Positions 1 through 8,308 of a stretch of 64,000 bases of DNA are shown here, piece after piece (within the stretch, counting starts at the first letter, position 1; every line of letters begins with the position of its first letter). The translations under genes and the position numbers were made by a program. The notes beneath the pieces were generated by a model. That model was not told the origin of the DNA and made no database searches. It worked only from the letters and a program-made list of their open reading frames with translations. Source of the stretch: an uncultured Verrucomicrobiae bacterium (GTDB lineage Bacteria; Verrucomicrobiota; Verrucomicrobiia; Chthoniobacterales; UBA10450); contig CAVTMK010000002.1 in assembly GCA_963735805.1 (NCBI GenBank), forward strand, positions 384,001-448,000. The letters are read 5' to 3'.

Positions 1-890
1 TCGACTCTGGTTGATTGACGTCGCGAACCAGAGCGAAACTCTTATCGGCGATACTGGCTTCGATAAGCTTGGCGCCATTGCGTTTGATAATACAGGAACC
101 CTTTACGGGGTCTCCGGAGCGAGCGATAGCCAGGGCACTTTGATGACCATCGATCCAACGAACGGCACGCCGACTGTCATCGGGTTGTTGTCCGATCCAA
201 ACGCCGCTGTTGACGGCCTTCGATTCAACTCGCAGGGAATCCTTTACGGAGGCGCGTTTAATAACACCAAAGGTGTTGGAGAACTCGTGACTATCGATCC
301 ATCGGACGGAACCGTCCTTACCTCGGTCACGCTGGTGGGTTCCGGGAATTCATTTTGTCCTGGAATCGCGTTCGATTCCAAGGATGTCCTATATGGTTCG
401 CGTGGGAATTCCAGCGGTCGTTTGGAAGATCTCGATCTGATTGACCAAGTCACCGGTGTCTTGACGCCTGTTGGACCGATGGAAGTCGTGATCTCCGACA
501 TCGTGTTCGCTCCGGACGGTACTCTCTACGGCAGCAATCCTCAAACAGGCGATCTCTACTCAATCGATCCAGCCACCGGAACCAAAACGCTCTTGTTCAA
601 CACGGGTATTTTGCAGTTGTCCGGCCTGGCAGCAGCGCCAGCATCACCGACACCAACGCCAACACCTACAGCTACACCGACAGCGACAGCGACGCCAACA
701 GCCACACCTACCGGCGACAGCGACAGCGACAGCAACAGCAACGGCTACACCGAGTTCAACTCCTACAGCAACGCCTACTACTACTCCGACTGTTACCCCA
801 AGCGTAACACCAACTGCTACGCCCACAGCTACGCCAAGAGCGACGCCGAGGCCGCGGCCGACTCCCTTCCCACGGCCGACGCCTCCTTAA
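1..890 (+). CDS. 5'-truncated secreted beta-propeller protein with Pro/Thr linker and Arg/Pro tail; 1-bp frameshift near 712
   Basis: Frame is open from the window edge, with repeats of the type (I/L)AFDxxGxLYG...LxxIDPxxG. After CCTACCGGCG (707-716) the alternative frame continues ATATATATPSSTPT...[18 protein letters not shown] and stops at TAA 888-890. Confidence 0.8.
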
Positions 891-901
891 GGGATAGGTG
901 A

Positions 902-976
902 AAGAGTAGAAGCGTTAGTAAGTTAAAGAGAAGTAAAACGGGAACTCGCGAGGTCACTCGCGAGTTCCTTGCTTTT
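902..976 (+). terminator. Conserved 3' cassette with GGAACTCGCGAG-loop-CTCGCGAGTTCC hairpin and T-tract (copy 1)
   Basis: Perfect 12-bp stem at 941-968 followed by TTGCTTTT; homologous copies near 7888, 10931 and 22364. Confidence 0.8.
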
Positions 977-977
977 G

Positions 978-1184
978 GGTGGATCGGCTTCTCCCGAAAA
1001 TGCCAGTCCGGTCGAAGACTCGCCGTGGAGAGCTCGGACCGATGGCAGATATGAATCGCCAAAGGCGCAAATAATTTGGCGGCATAGCCGCGGTTGCTGC
1101 CAACGCGTCGAGGAGTCGCCGCGGCGACCGTTCCGCCTGAGTAAGCCAACGCGTTGTGGAGTCGCCACAGCGACCGTTCCACCC
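978..1184. repeat. GGTGGA-bounded palindromic (REP/MITE-like) element
   Basis: Starts GGTGGATCGGCTTCTCC and ends CGTTCCACC; arms match copies at 18838, 44284, 46215, 48608 and 59835. Confidence 0.65.
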
Positions 1185-1187
1185 TGA

Positions 1188-1214
1188 CACGGCGACACAG
1201 CGCCGTGGCTACAG
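1188..1214. repeat. GTAG-type REP unit
   Basis: CACGGCGACACAGCGCCGTGGCTACAG hairpin ending in CTAC; near-identical to 3559-3585. Confidence 0.7.
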
Positions 1215-1563
1215 AATTCGCACGGGGGAATATTCGGCGACGTTCCACCGTGCCGAGCCAGTTTCCTGGGCAGACTTCACAAAACTCCCCGGAGATCTTT
1301 TGATATTGCAGCGCGTTTTGGCTTAAAAGGTCACTCCCTGCGTTCATATGCGGCCAATTAGGCAACGATAGTAGCGTCCGTTGATCCTGGCGGCGCGCGA
1401 AATCATAAATCGGGCGCGGTTAGCGAACGGCGGCTACAGCGCTCGCTTTGCCAACTTGCGTCCATTTCGTGCTGCTCACGCATGGCACTTTAGCCGTGCG
1501 ATGCATTCCCACGTCGCTTTCATTGGGCCGCGCTATTTGAAAAAGCAATGCGAAATCGATCAG

Positions 1564-1599
1564 AAAGTGTTGACAGAGGAGCACGCTTTCGCGTAAAAA
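1564..1599 (+). promoter_or_regulatory. Putative sigma70-type promoter, array motif
   Basis: AAAGTG-TTGACA (1570-1575), 18-nt spacer, TAAAAA; the same layout occurs upstream of other array genes. Confidence 0.6.
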
Positions 1600-1655
1600 C
1601 GCCGTTCCTGCTTTTATCGCGTCCAGTTTAAACAACAAAACCTACCGGAAATTCT

Positions 1656-3485
1656 ATGCTTAAAGACTCAAACTCACGCCGCATATTCACAGCGTCGCCA
1701 TGGCGGCGTATTTTTTGTTCATTGTTCCTTGCCGCAGCGACTGTCGCTTTGATAGGGGCGATCGCTTCTTCGCGCGCCGTGGGTCAACGCGTCGAGCTGC
1801 CTACGTTGGGCGGGTCGCATGCTGCGCCTGGGCAAAAAATCGCCCCGTGGGTCATGGAAAACACGGCCAATGGACAGCAGGCTCAATTTTTTGTCGTGCT
1901 GGCAGACCAGGCCGATCTTAGTCCGGCTGCCAATTTGCCGACCAAGACCGAAAAAGGTCGCTTCGTGTACCAAACGCTGCTGGAAAAGGCCCAGAATACG
2001 CAGCAATCAATTTTGCAGTGGCTGAGCGCCCGGAACATCGAGCACCAATCTTTTTACATCGTTAATGCAATTTTGGTAAAGGGAGATCGGCAGACCGCCG
2101 AAACATTGGCGGCGCGCCCCGACGTGGCACGCATCGACGGAAATCCTCTCATCCACAATGACCTTCCTCAACCCAGTGCAATCGAGCAATCTGGCGGACG
2201 CCCGGCGACGATCGAACCGGGTATCGTTTACACCCATGCTCCTGATGTCTGGGCGCTCGGATTCAAAGGGGAAACTGTTGTGGTTGCTGGCGCAGACACC
2301 GGCATTCGCTGGACGCATGAGGTGCTTAAGCCTCACTATCGCGGTTGGGATGGAACAAGCGCGAATCACAACTTTAATTGGCATGACTCCATTCACGACA
2401 GTGTGGGTAACCCTTGCGGGAACGATTCGCAGCAACCTTGCGACGATTTCGGCCATGGCAGCCATACAGTCGGCACGATGATCGGCGACGATGGTGCCGG
2501 CAACCAGGTTGGAATGGCGCCTGGAGCACAGTGGATCGGCTGCCGTAACATGGACCAGGGAAACGGGACACCGGCCAGGTACATCGAGTGCATGGAGTTC
2601 TTCCTTGCGCCTTACCCGCTTAACTGCACGCCGGACGAAGGCGACCCGGCTAAAGCGCCTGATATTACGAATAACTCCTGGGGTTGCCCAGCTTCGGAAG
2701 GGTGCGTTACCGGCAGCGAGCTGCAGGCCGCTGTTGAAGCTCAAGAAGCTGCGGGTATCCAAATGGTCGTAGCTGCGGGTAACTCGGGCCCGGGTTGTTC
2801 TACAGTGTCCGATCCGCCATCGTTCTACGAAGCATCTTACACAGTTGGAGCGCTAGTTAATGGCACGGACACCATAGCTGGCTTCAGCAGCCGCGGCCCT
2901 GTTACCGCCGATGGCAGCAACCGCATAAAGCCGGATATCACTGCTCCCGGAACGAGCGTTCGCTCGGCTTGGAACGGTTCCGACAGCGACTTTGCAACTA
3001 TTCAGGGTACGTCCATGGCGACTCCGCATATTGCCGGAGCTATGGCGTTGTTATGGTCGGCCATTCCCAGCCTGAGGAATCAGATTCAGGCGAGTCGAGA
3101 TGCCTTGGACAACACAGCTGTCGTTATCTCTTCGAACCTATGCGGTGATGCCGGTCCTCCAAACAACGTTTACGGCTGGGGCCGTGTCGATATCGCGGCG
3201 GCTGTGGGAACACCACCACCAACCCCCACTGTTTCGCCGACTCCTGTGTCAAGCGCTACGCCCTGCGGAGTGACAACGCCAACACCTACTCCGAGCGCGA
3301 CGCCGACGCCAACGGCGACAACCACGCCAAGCGTAACGCCTACTCCCAGCGGGACAGCTACGCCGACACCAAGCGTAACGCCTACTCCGAGCGGGACGGC
3401 TACGCCTACGCCAAGCGTAACCCCTACGCCCAGGGCAACACCAAGGCCTCGCCCCACTCCGCGCCCTCGGCCGACCGCACCATAG
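1656..3485 (+). CDS. Secreted S8 (subtilisin-like) serine peptidase with Pro/Thr linker and Arg/Pro tail
   Basis: Catalytic motifs [14 protein letters not shown] and GTSMATPH; signal peptide and propeptide; ends [18 protein letters not shown]. Confidence 0.93.
   Translation: MLKDSNSRRIFTASPWRRIFCSLFLAAATVALIGAIASSRAVGQRVELPTLGGSHAAPGQKIAPWVMENTANGQQAQFFVVLADQADLSPAANLPTKTEKGRFVYQTLLEKAQNTQQSILQWLSARNIEHQSFYIVNAILVKGDRQTAETLAARPDVARIDGNPLIHNDLPQPSAIEQSGGRPATIEPGIVYTHAPDVWALGFKGETVVVAGADTGIRWTHEVLKPHYRGWDGTSANHNFNWHDSIHDSVGNPCGNDSQQPCDDFGHGSHTVGTMIGDDGAGNQVGMAPGAQWIGCRNMDQGNGTPARYIECMEFFLAPYPLNCTPDEGDPAKAPDITNNSWGCPASEGCVTGSELQAAVEAQEAAGIQMVVAAGNSGPGCSTVSDPPSFYEASYTVGALVNGTDTIAGFSSRGPVTADGSNRIKPDITAPGTSVRSAWNGSDSDFATIQGTSMATPHIAGAMALLWSAIPSLRNQIQASRDALDNTAVVISSNLCGDAGPPNNVYGWGRVDIAAAVGTPPPTPTVSPTPVSSATPCGVTTPTPTPSATPTPTATTTPSVTPTPSGTATPTPSVTPTPSGTATPTPSVTPTPRATPRPRPTPRPRPTAP
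3327..3430 (+). repeat. 42-bp coding tandem repeat ([14 protein letters not shown], about 2.5 copies)
   Basis: Units begin CCAAGCGTAAC at 3327, 3369 and 3411. Confidence 0.8.
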
Positions 3486-3509
3486 GAAAAGGGTGATGGG
3501 CAAAAACGT

Positions 3510-3585
3510 TGTAGCCGCCTCGCTGTGTCGAGGCGCTCATCGTGACGCGTTTTAGGAGCACGGCGACACAGCGCCGTGTCTACAG
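3510..3585. repeat. Inverted GTAG-type REP doublet
   Basis: TGTAGCCGCCTCGCTGTGTCGAGGCG ... CACGGCGACACAGCGCCGTGTCTACAG; left arm is nearly the reverse complement of 8061-8086. Confidence 0.75.
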
Positions 3586-3674
3586 CTGCAGCTGTTTAAG
3601 GCGTGGCGGTGACGAAAAACCGTTGTTTGACTATCGATCCTTGCGCAGAGACCAGAGTGGAATTACGAAAGAAC

Positions 3675-4124
3675 ATGAGGACAACTCGCGTATTGATCAC
3701 GGCGTTAATCGTTCAAACATGTCTTACTTTCATGGCTCAGGCCCAATCTCCAACCGTGATCGGCAGATGGAATGTGCAGATTACGTTCGCTGACGGAAGC
3801 CAGCGTGCCTTGCACTTTGACGCTCAAGACGCTGGGAAGGGGACTTTTCAGATAGTCGATCCACGTTTGAAAGCTTGGGGCCCCGGCAAACCTTCGGAAG
3901 CGAAATGGACTCGAAACGACCAAAACGCCGTAACGTTCTCCGGGCCGGTGGAATTTATGCTTGGCAACGTCGGACGCGACGCAGGAACCTTGATGTTAAA
4001 AGGAAAATTTGAAAGTGCAGACTTGATCACCGGTGACGTGGAATTTGCTCCCCTAGTTGGAGATAGACCCTCGAAGCACGGCACATTCAAAGCAACTCGC
4101 GCGGCGGGAAATGGTGACAAGTGA
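3675..4124 (+). CDS. Secreted hypothetical protein (small beta-rich fold)
   Basis: ATG 3675 gives signal peptide MRTTRVLITALIVQTCLTFMAQA followed by a VIGRWNVQIT motif. Confidence 0.7.
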   Translation: MRTTRVLITALIVQTCLTFMAQAQSPTVIGRWNVQITFADGSQRALHFDAQDAGKGTFQIVDPRLKAWGPGKPSEAKWTRNDQNAVTFSGPVEFMLGNVGRDAGTLMLKGKFESADLITGDVEFAPLVGDRPSKHGTFKATRAAGNGDK

Positions 4125-4485
4125 TCGGTTGTAGCGGGGTGTTGCTGACTGCGGCTTCGGGTTAGCCCGGACTGGCGGCCGTCAGCGACGCATGCCGATT
4201 CCTATCATTAGCGGTTTGATCTTTTCTTCCGACGAATCACGCGCTGCGGGCAATGGGAGCCCCTGTCGTACGCCGGGCGAAATAGGTGTAACCACTTCGT
4301 TGCTAAAGGAACTTGGTTCTCTGATTTGGAAACATTAGAAATATCCGTCCCATTCCTGGCTGAACGCATCTGTGAGCACAGGGATAAATAAGAGGAGCAG
4401 AGCGGGACGCTGTAACGCCTAACCATTTAACGCTTTAAGGGGGCGAAGTCATACGCGCTTGAAAGCGATTCCAAGAAAAATCTTC

Positions 4486-4524
4486 AAAAAAGTATTGACA
4501 CCGTTTTCCGTCCTCAGCTAAAAG
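4486..4524 (+). promoter_or_regulatory. Putative promoter, array motif (distal)
   Basis: A-tract, TTGACA 4495-4500, 18-nt spacer, TAAAAG. Confidence 0.6.
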
Positions 4525-4600
4525 ATGCGCCTCCACTCGCCTTGCGGTAACGCGGCACGGGGACAAACACGGGTAAAAATAAAAAATCGGGAAAAAATCG

Positions 4601-4639
4601 AAAAAAGTGTTGACGCGTTTCTGGCATTTCCGCTAGAAG
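4601..4639 (+). promoter_or_regulatory. Putative promoter, array motif (proximal)
   Basis: AAAAAAGTG-TTGACG 4610-4615, 18-nt spacer, TAGAAG. Confidence 0.6.
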
Positions 4640-4688
4640 CGGACGTTTCACATTCAAACTCCATCATTCATCCACTTCATAACCATAC

Positions 4689-7600
4689 ATGAAAAAGAAA
4701 TCCACTTCGCAATCCGCCTTCTTTAATCTGCGTGTCTTATTTGGCCTGTTCGTAGCACTCACTGGCGTATCTCTGGCGCTGGTTGGCCTCGGCGCCCGTC
4801 CAGCGCATGTCGGGCGCAATGCCCCTGCAGGACCGAACAAATATAGTGTTACCACCAAGTCGCACCTGATCAGCCCGCTTGTCCCGCCTGGCTTTGACTG
4901 TTCCAAGATTCACCAGCTGGGCATCGACAGAATGGAAAACTTCCGGGCCGGAGCGATCATGATTTTCTGCGGCCTGTCGAAGGGAGGCAGCGAAGAGGCC
5001 GAATTCGGCAGTTCCGGTGCGTTTTCCAAGCTTGTGCACAACCTCATGGCACCGGTGAGCTTTGGCGGCACAGACGTGGACCTGGTTACCGGGACGGAGA
5101 CCGCTCCGCACGTTATTCAGTCGGAGACATACAGCAACTCTAACCCGGATAACCCCGACGAAGTAATTGTCGCGTTCAACGACTCCCGATGCGCAGCCAG
5201 CAACAACTTCTCCGCCATATCGACTTCTACTGACGGCGGACTGAGCTTTACTCGTTTGACCGATGGCAGCGGTTGTAGCCCCTTTGCCAATACCTTTGGC
5301 GACCCTGTTGTCCTGTATAACAAGCCGACCCAGACTTGGTTTACTGTGTGGTTGGATGGGAATGGGAGCTGCACGCTTGGCGGATACAAGTCTAGCGATC
5401 CTGAGGATCCAAATAGCTGGACGCACTTCTGCGTTCACAACAACGGCGGCGACGATCGCGAGTCCGGCTGGGCTGACAACAACCCAAGCTCTCCGTTTTT
5501 CGGGCGGATGTATGTTTCCTGGAACGACTTTAATGTGGGTCAAGGTGCCCTGGTCGAAAGCTTTTCAACTGACAATGGCAATACGTGGAGCCCAGCAGTA
5601 ACCGTGATCAACGGCGGTACCTTCATCCGCGACGTGCAGATCACAGGTGACATGTCGGGCAACGGAACCCTGTACATCGCGGGTATGGACGAAGGCGGCG
5701 GTGGGTTCCCACACAACGACGCGAACCTTATCTTTAAATCCACTGACGGCGGCGCCACTTGGGCGAATACCTATACTGGTCCTCAGTTTCCCGGGCCGGG
5801 CGTTACCGCGGTGGGCTACTTCGCTTGCATGTTCCCCGATGACGGCGGCTACTGGCGGCACGAAGGCTGGGGTGAACCTGCGGCATTCAACAACGTTGTT
5901 TCCCTGGTCTATTCCCAGCAGGGCGGTGCTGGCGATTCTGGCGATGTCTACTACATCCGTTCTTCCGACGGCGGTGTGACCTTCGGATCGCCGATGAAGT
6001 TGAACACCGATTCAACTACCCGCCCTCAGTGGCAGGCTAACCTGTCGGTTAGCCCCGCCGGAACGCTGTTGGCAACGTGGTATGACGCACGTGAGTTCCC
6101 CACCTGCGTAAAGGGTGACCCGAACACTCCCTGTTACCGGATGTGGTCGCGCAAGTCCAACGACAATGGCTTGAGCTGGTTACCTGACGATTCGCTCTCG
6201 GACGTAGCAAGTCCACTGCCGGGACAAAGCGATCCCAACATCCAGCCCACTTATGCTGGAGACTACGACTATGGTTCTGCGTTGCTGACCAAGCACCTCA
6301 CTTCATGGACAGACGGACGTGTACCGATTAACAACCAATCTCAACAGGATACTTTCACTGACAGGGAGCTGGTTGGTTTTTCTGTCACCGGCACCGACCC
6401 GGCCTGCGGCAGTCTGGTTACCGGCACTGCGCCGACAGTGTTCACCGTGAACCTGAGTGATGCGGTCAACGCGAACACTGTTGATGCCAGCGATTTCGAC
6501 GTCAACGGAACTCAGGCGGACTCGGCCCAGGTTGCCGGGGATAATCTGAGCATTACCTTCACCTTCAACACCTCACCGGTGACCCTGGGCGAGAACACGA
6601 TGCATATTCCTCAGGACGCCTTTACACGGCAGTCGGACAATCAGGGGATATTCGAATTCCAGTGCACGTTCCGTTACGCTCAAAAGCAACTGGAGGTGAC
6701 CGACACAGATCCACCGGTTGGCGGCACGTTTACACCGCCGGCGCCGGGCACCTATACGTATGACGTAAACTGGAACATCCCTGTTGATCCAAGTTCAGTT
6801 AGCACAACCGATCTGCAACTGAGCGGCACCTCCGGCGCCGCCGTGACTGCGGTCAGCGTCATCAACGGAGACATGACTACTGAGTTCACGCTGAATATTC
6901 CATTCGGTGGAAGCCTGACAGCGCACATTGCTGCCGGGGCGATCACTGACACGGATGGCAATCCTAACGCGGATTTCTCGGGGAATTACAACGTCTCCGG
7001 TTGTCCTCCAAGCCAATACGTCATAACAGATGGAACGGACACGATCGTGCCGGGTGACACCGATATCGGTAATCACACCGACGATGGCGATACGTTTGTC
7101 TCTTTGCCGTTCAGCTTCCAGTTATATGACCAGTCCTTTAACGCTGTGAACGTCAGCTCCAATGGGCGGCTCGACTTCGTGACGGTTAACGAGCCGGGCG
7201 GTTACGTAACAGCCTGTCTGCCCGCGCCACCGAATATCGGACCATATGACTACTCCGTCTTCCCCGTGTGGCAGGACCAGCGCACTGATCTCGGCCTGAC
7301 CGGTTGCTCGAACTTCCCCGGTGGGACCTGCGGTGTCTTCACTTCGGTCTCGGGCAGTGCGCCTAACCGAATCTTCAACATCGAATGGCGCACCGTGTAT
7401 TTTGCCGATAACAACTCGACGGCGAATTATGAAGTGCGCCTCTACGAGAACGGTGGGCCGGATCAGGATCTGCGGTTTGATGTCGTCGTCGGCACTGTTC
7501 AGACGGGCGGCGACCATCAATATGTCTCGGGTGTGCAAGGCAACTCGACGGGTGGGTTCTTCACCCAGGACTTCTGCCAGTCTGCTCCGCCAGACGTAGC

Positions 7601-7841
7601 GTCCCACACATACACGATACCAGTGTGCTCGCCCACGCCGACGCCAACGCCGGGAACACCAACACCGACTCCTACACCGGCGACACCAACACCGACTCCT
7701 ACGCCGGTGACCCCAACGCCGACGCCAACGCCGACCACGCCGACCCCGACGCCGACACCTACAACACCGACGCCGACACCTACGCCTAGAGCGACACCGA
7801 GGCCACGGCCAACGCCGCACCCGCGGCCAACGCCTCCATAA
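4689..7841 (+). CDS. Secreted sialidase-fold (BNR/Asp-box) propeller protein with two Ig-like modules, a C-terminal beta domain, Pro/Thr linker and Arg/Pro tail
   Basis: Several S(T/S)DGGxTW/F Asp-boxes and a GDY motif; leader MKKKSTSQSAFFNLRVL; ends [18 protein letters not shown]. Confidence 0.85.
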   Translation: MKKKSTSQSAFFNLRVLFGLFVALTGVSLALVGLGARPAHVGRNAPAGPNKYSVTTKSHLISPLVPPGFDCSKIHQLGIDRMENFRAGAIMIFCGLSKGGSEEAEFGSSGAFSKLVHNLMAPVSFGGTDVDLVTGTETAPHVIQSETYSNSNPDNPDEVIVAFNDSRCAASNNFSAISTSTDGGLSFTRLTDGSGCSPFANTFGDPVVLYNKPTQTWFTVWLDGNGSCTLGGYKSSDPEDPNSWTHFCVHNNGGDDRESGWADNNPSSPFFGRMYVSWNDFNVGQGALVESFSTDNGNTWSPAVTVINGGTFIRDVQITGDMSGNGTLYIAGMDEGGGGFPHNDANLIFKSTDGGATWANTYTGPQFPGPGVTAVGYFACMFPDDGGYWRHEGWGEPAAFNNVVSLVYSQQGGAGDSGDVYYIRSSDGGVTFGSPMKLNTDSTTRPQWQANLSVSPAGTLLATWYDAREFPTCVKGDPNTPCYRMWSRKSNDNGLSWLPDDSLSDVASPLPGQSDPNIQPTYAGDYDYGSALLTKHLTSWTDGRVPINNQSQQDTFTDRELVGFSVTGTDPACGSLVTGTAPTVFTVNLSDAVNANTVDASDFDVNGTQADSAQVAGDNLSITFTFNTSPVTLGENTMHIPQDAFTRQSDNQGIFEFQCTFRYAQKQLEVTDTDPPVGGTFTPPAPGTYTYDVNWNIPVDPSSVSTTDLQLSGTSGAAVTAVSVINGDMTTEFTLNIPFGGSLTAHIAAGAITDTDGNPNADFSGNYNVSGCPPSQYVITDGTDTIVPGDTDIGNHTDDGDTFVSLPFSFQLYDQSFNAVNVSSNGRLDFVTVNEPGGYVTACLPAPPNIGPYDYSVFPVWQDQRTDLGLTGCSNFPGGTCGVFTSVSGSAPNRIFNIEWRTVYFADNNSTANYEVRLYENGGPDQDLRFDVVVGTVQTGGDHQYVSGVQGNSTGGFFTQDFCQSAPPDVASHTYTIPVCSPTPTPTPGTPTPTPTPATPTPTPTPVTPTPTPTPTTPTPTPTPTTPTPTPTPRATPRPRPTPHPRPTPP

Positions 7842-7851
7842 TGGATCGGTA

Positions 7852-7924
7852 AAGATTAGAAACGTTAAAAATTAAAAGAAGTAAAACGGGAACTCGCGAG
7901 GCAACTCGCGAGTTTCCTGCTTTT
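7852..7924 (+). terminator. Conserved 3' cassette/hairpin (copy 2)
   Basis: GGGAACTCGCGAG-GCAA-CTCGCGAGTTTCC then TGCTTTT; the upstream A-rich part matches copies 1 and 4. Confidence 0.8.
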
Positions 7925-8060
7925 AGACTGTTTAACGCTTCAACGCGCGAAGCCATCCGCGTTATTCGCGCTCGGCACGACGTGGCCTAGAGTGAGCGCC
8001 CGGTGGTCCGTGGTTTGGAATTCGCTGCGTTGCCGTTCTGATAACAACTCAAAGAACGGG

Positions 8061-8087
8061 CGCCTCGACATAGCGAGGCGGCTACAG
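8061..8087. repeat. GTAG-type REP unit
   Basis: CGCCTCGACATAGCGAGGCGGCTACAG. Confidence 0.7.
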
Positions 8088-8102
8088 CGAAGAAATCGAA
8101 AT

Positions 8103-8138
8103 ATAGTGTTGACACATTTTATCGCATTCCGTTAAAAG
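8103..8138 (+). promoter_or_regulatory. Putative promoter, array motif
   Basis: TAGTG-TTGACA 8109-8114, 18-nt spacer, TAAAAG. Confidence 0.6.
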
Positions 8139-8308
8139 CATGTAGGTGGATGTCCTACATGTTCTTCATACTTTAGCTCACATGCTGAGCTTTACTCGCG
8201 GGTATAGGCAGTCCACTCCCGGCACATCTGATGAAAATTAGAAATTAGAGTTGAAATGCTCCGGGGCGTTCCAACGAGACGAGTCACCACTAACCCACGC
8301 TCCACTTC

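Noticed and set aside
713..901. GDSDSDSNSNG... C-terminus of ORF 11-901 as a real SD-repeat region
   Set aside because: It is the out-of-frame reading of the AT/PT linker after a 1-bp insertion.
829..1638. Short ORFs in the repeat-rich intergenic region (also 18532-19214 and 59731-60004)
   Set aside because: They are built from palindromic repeats, with no protein motifs or consistent coding signal.
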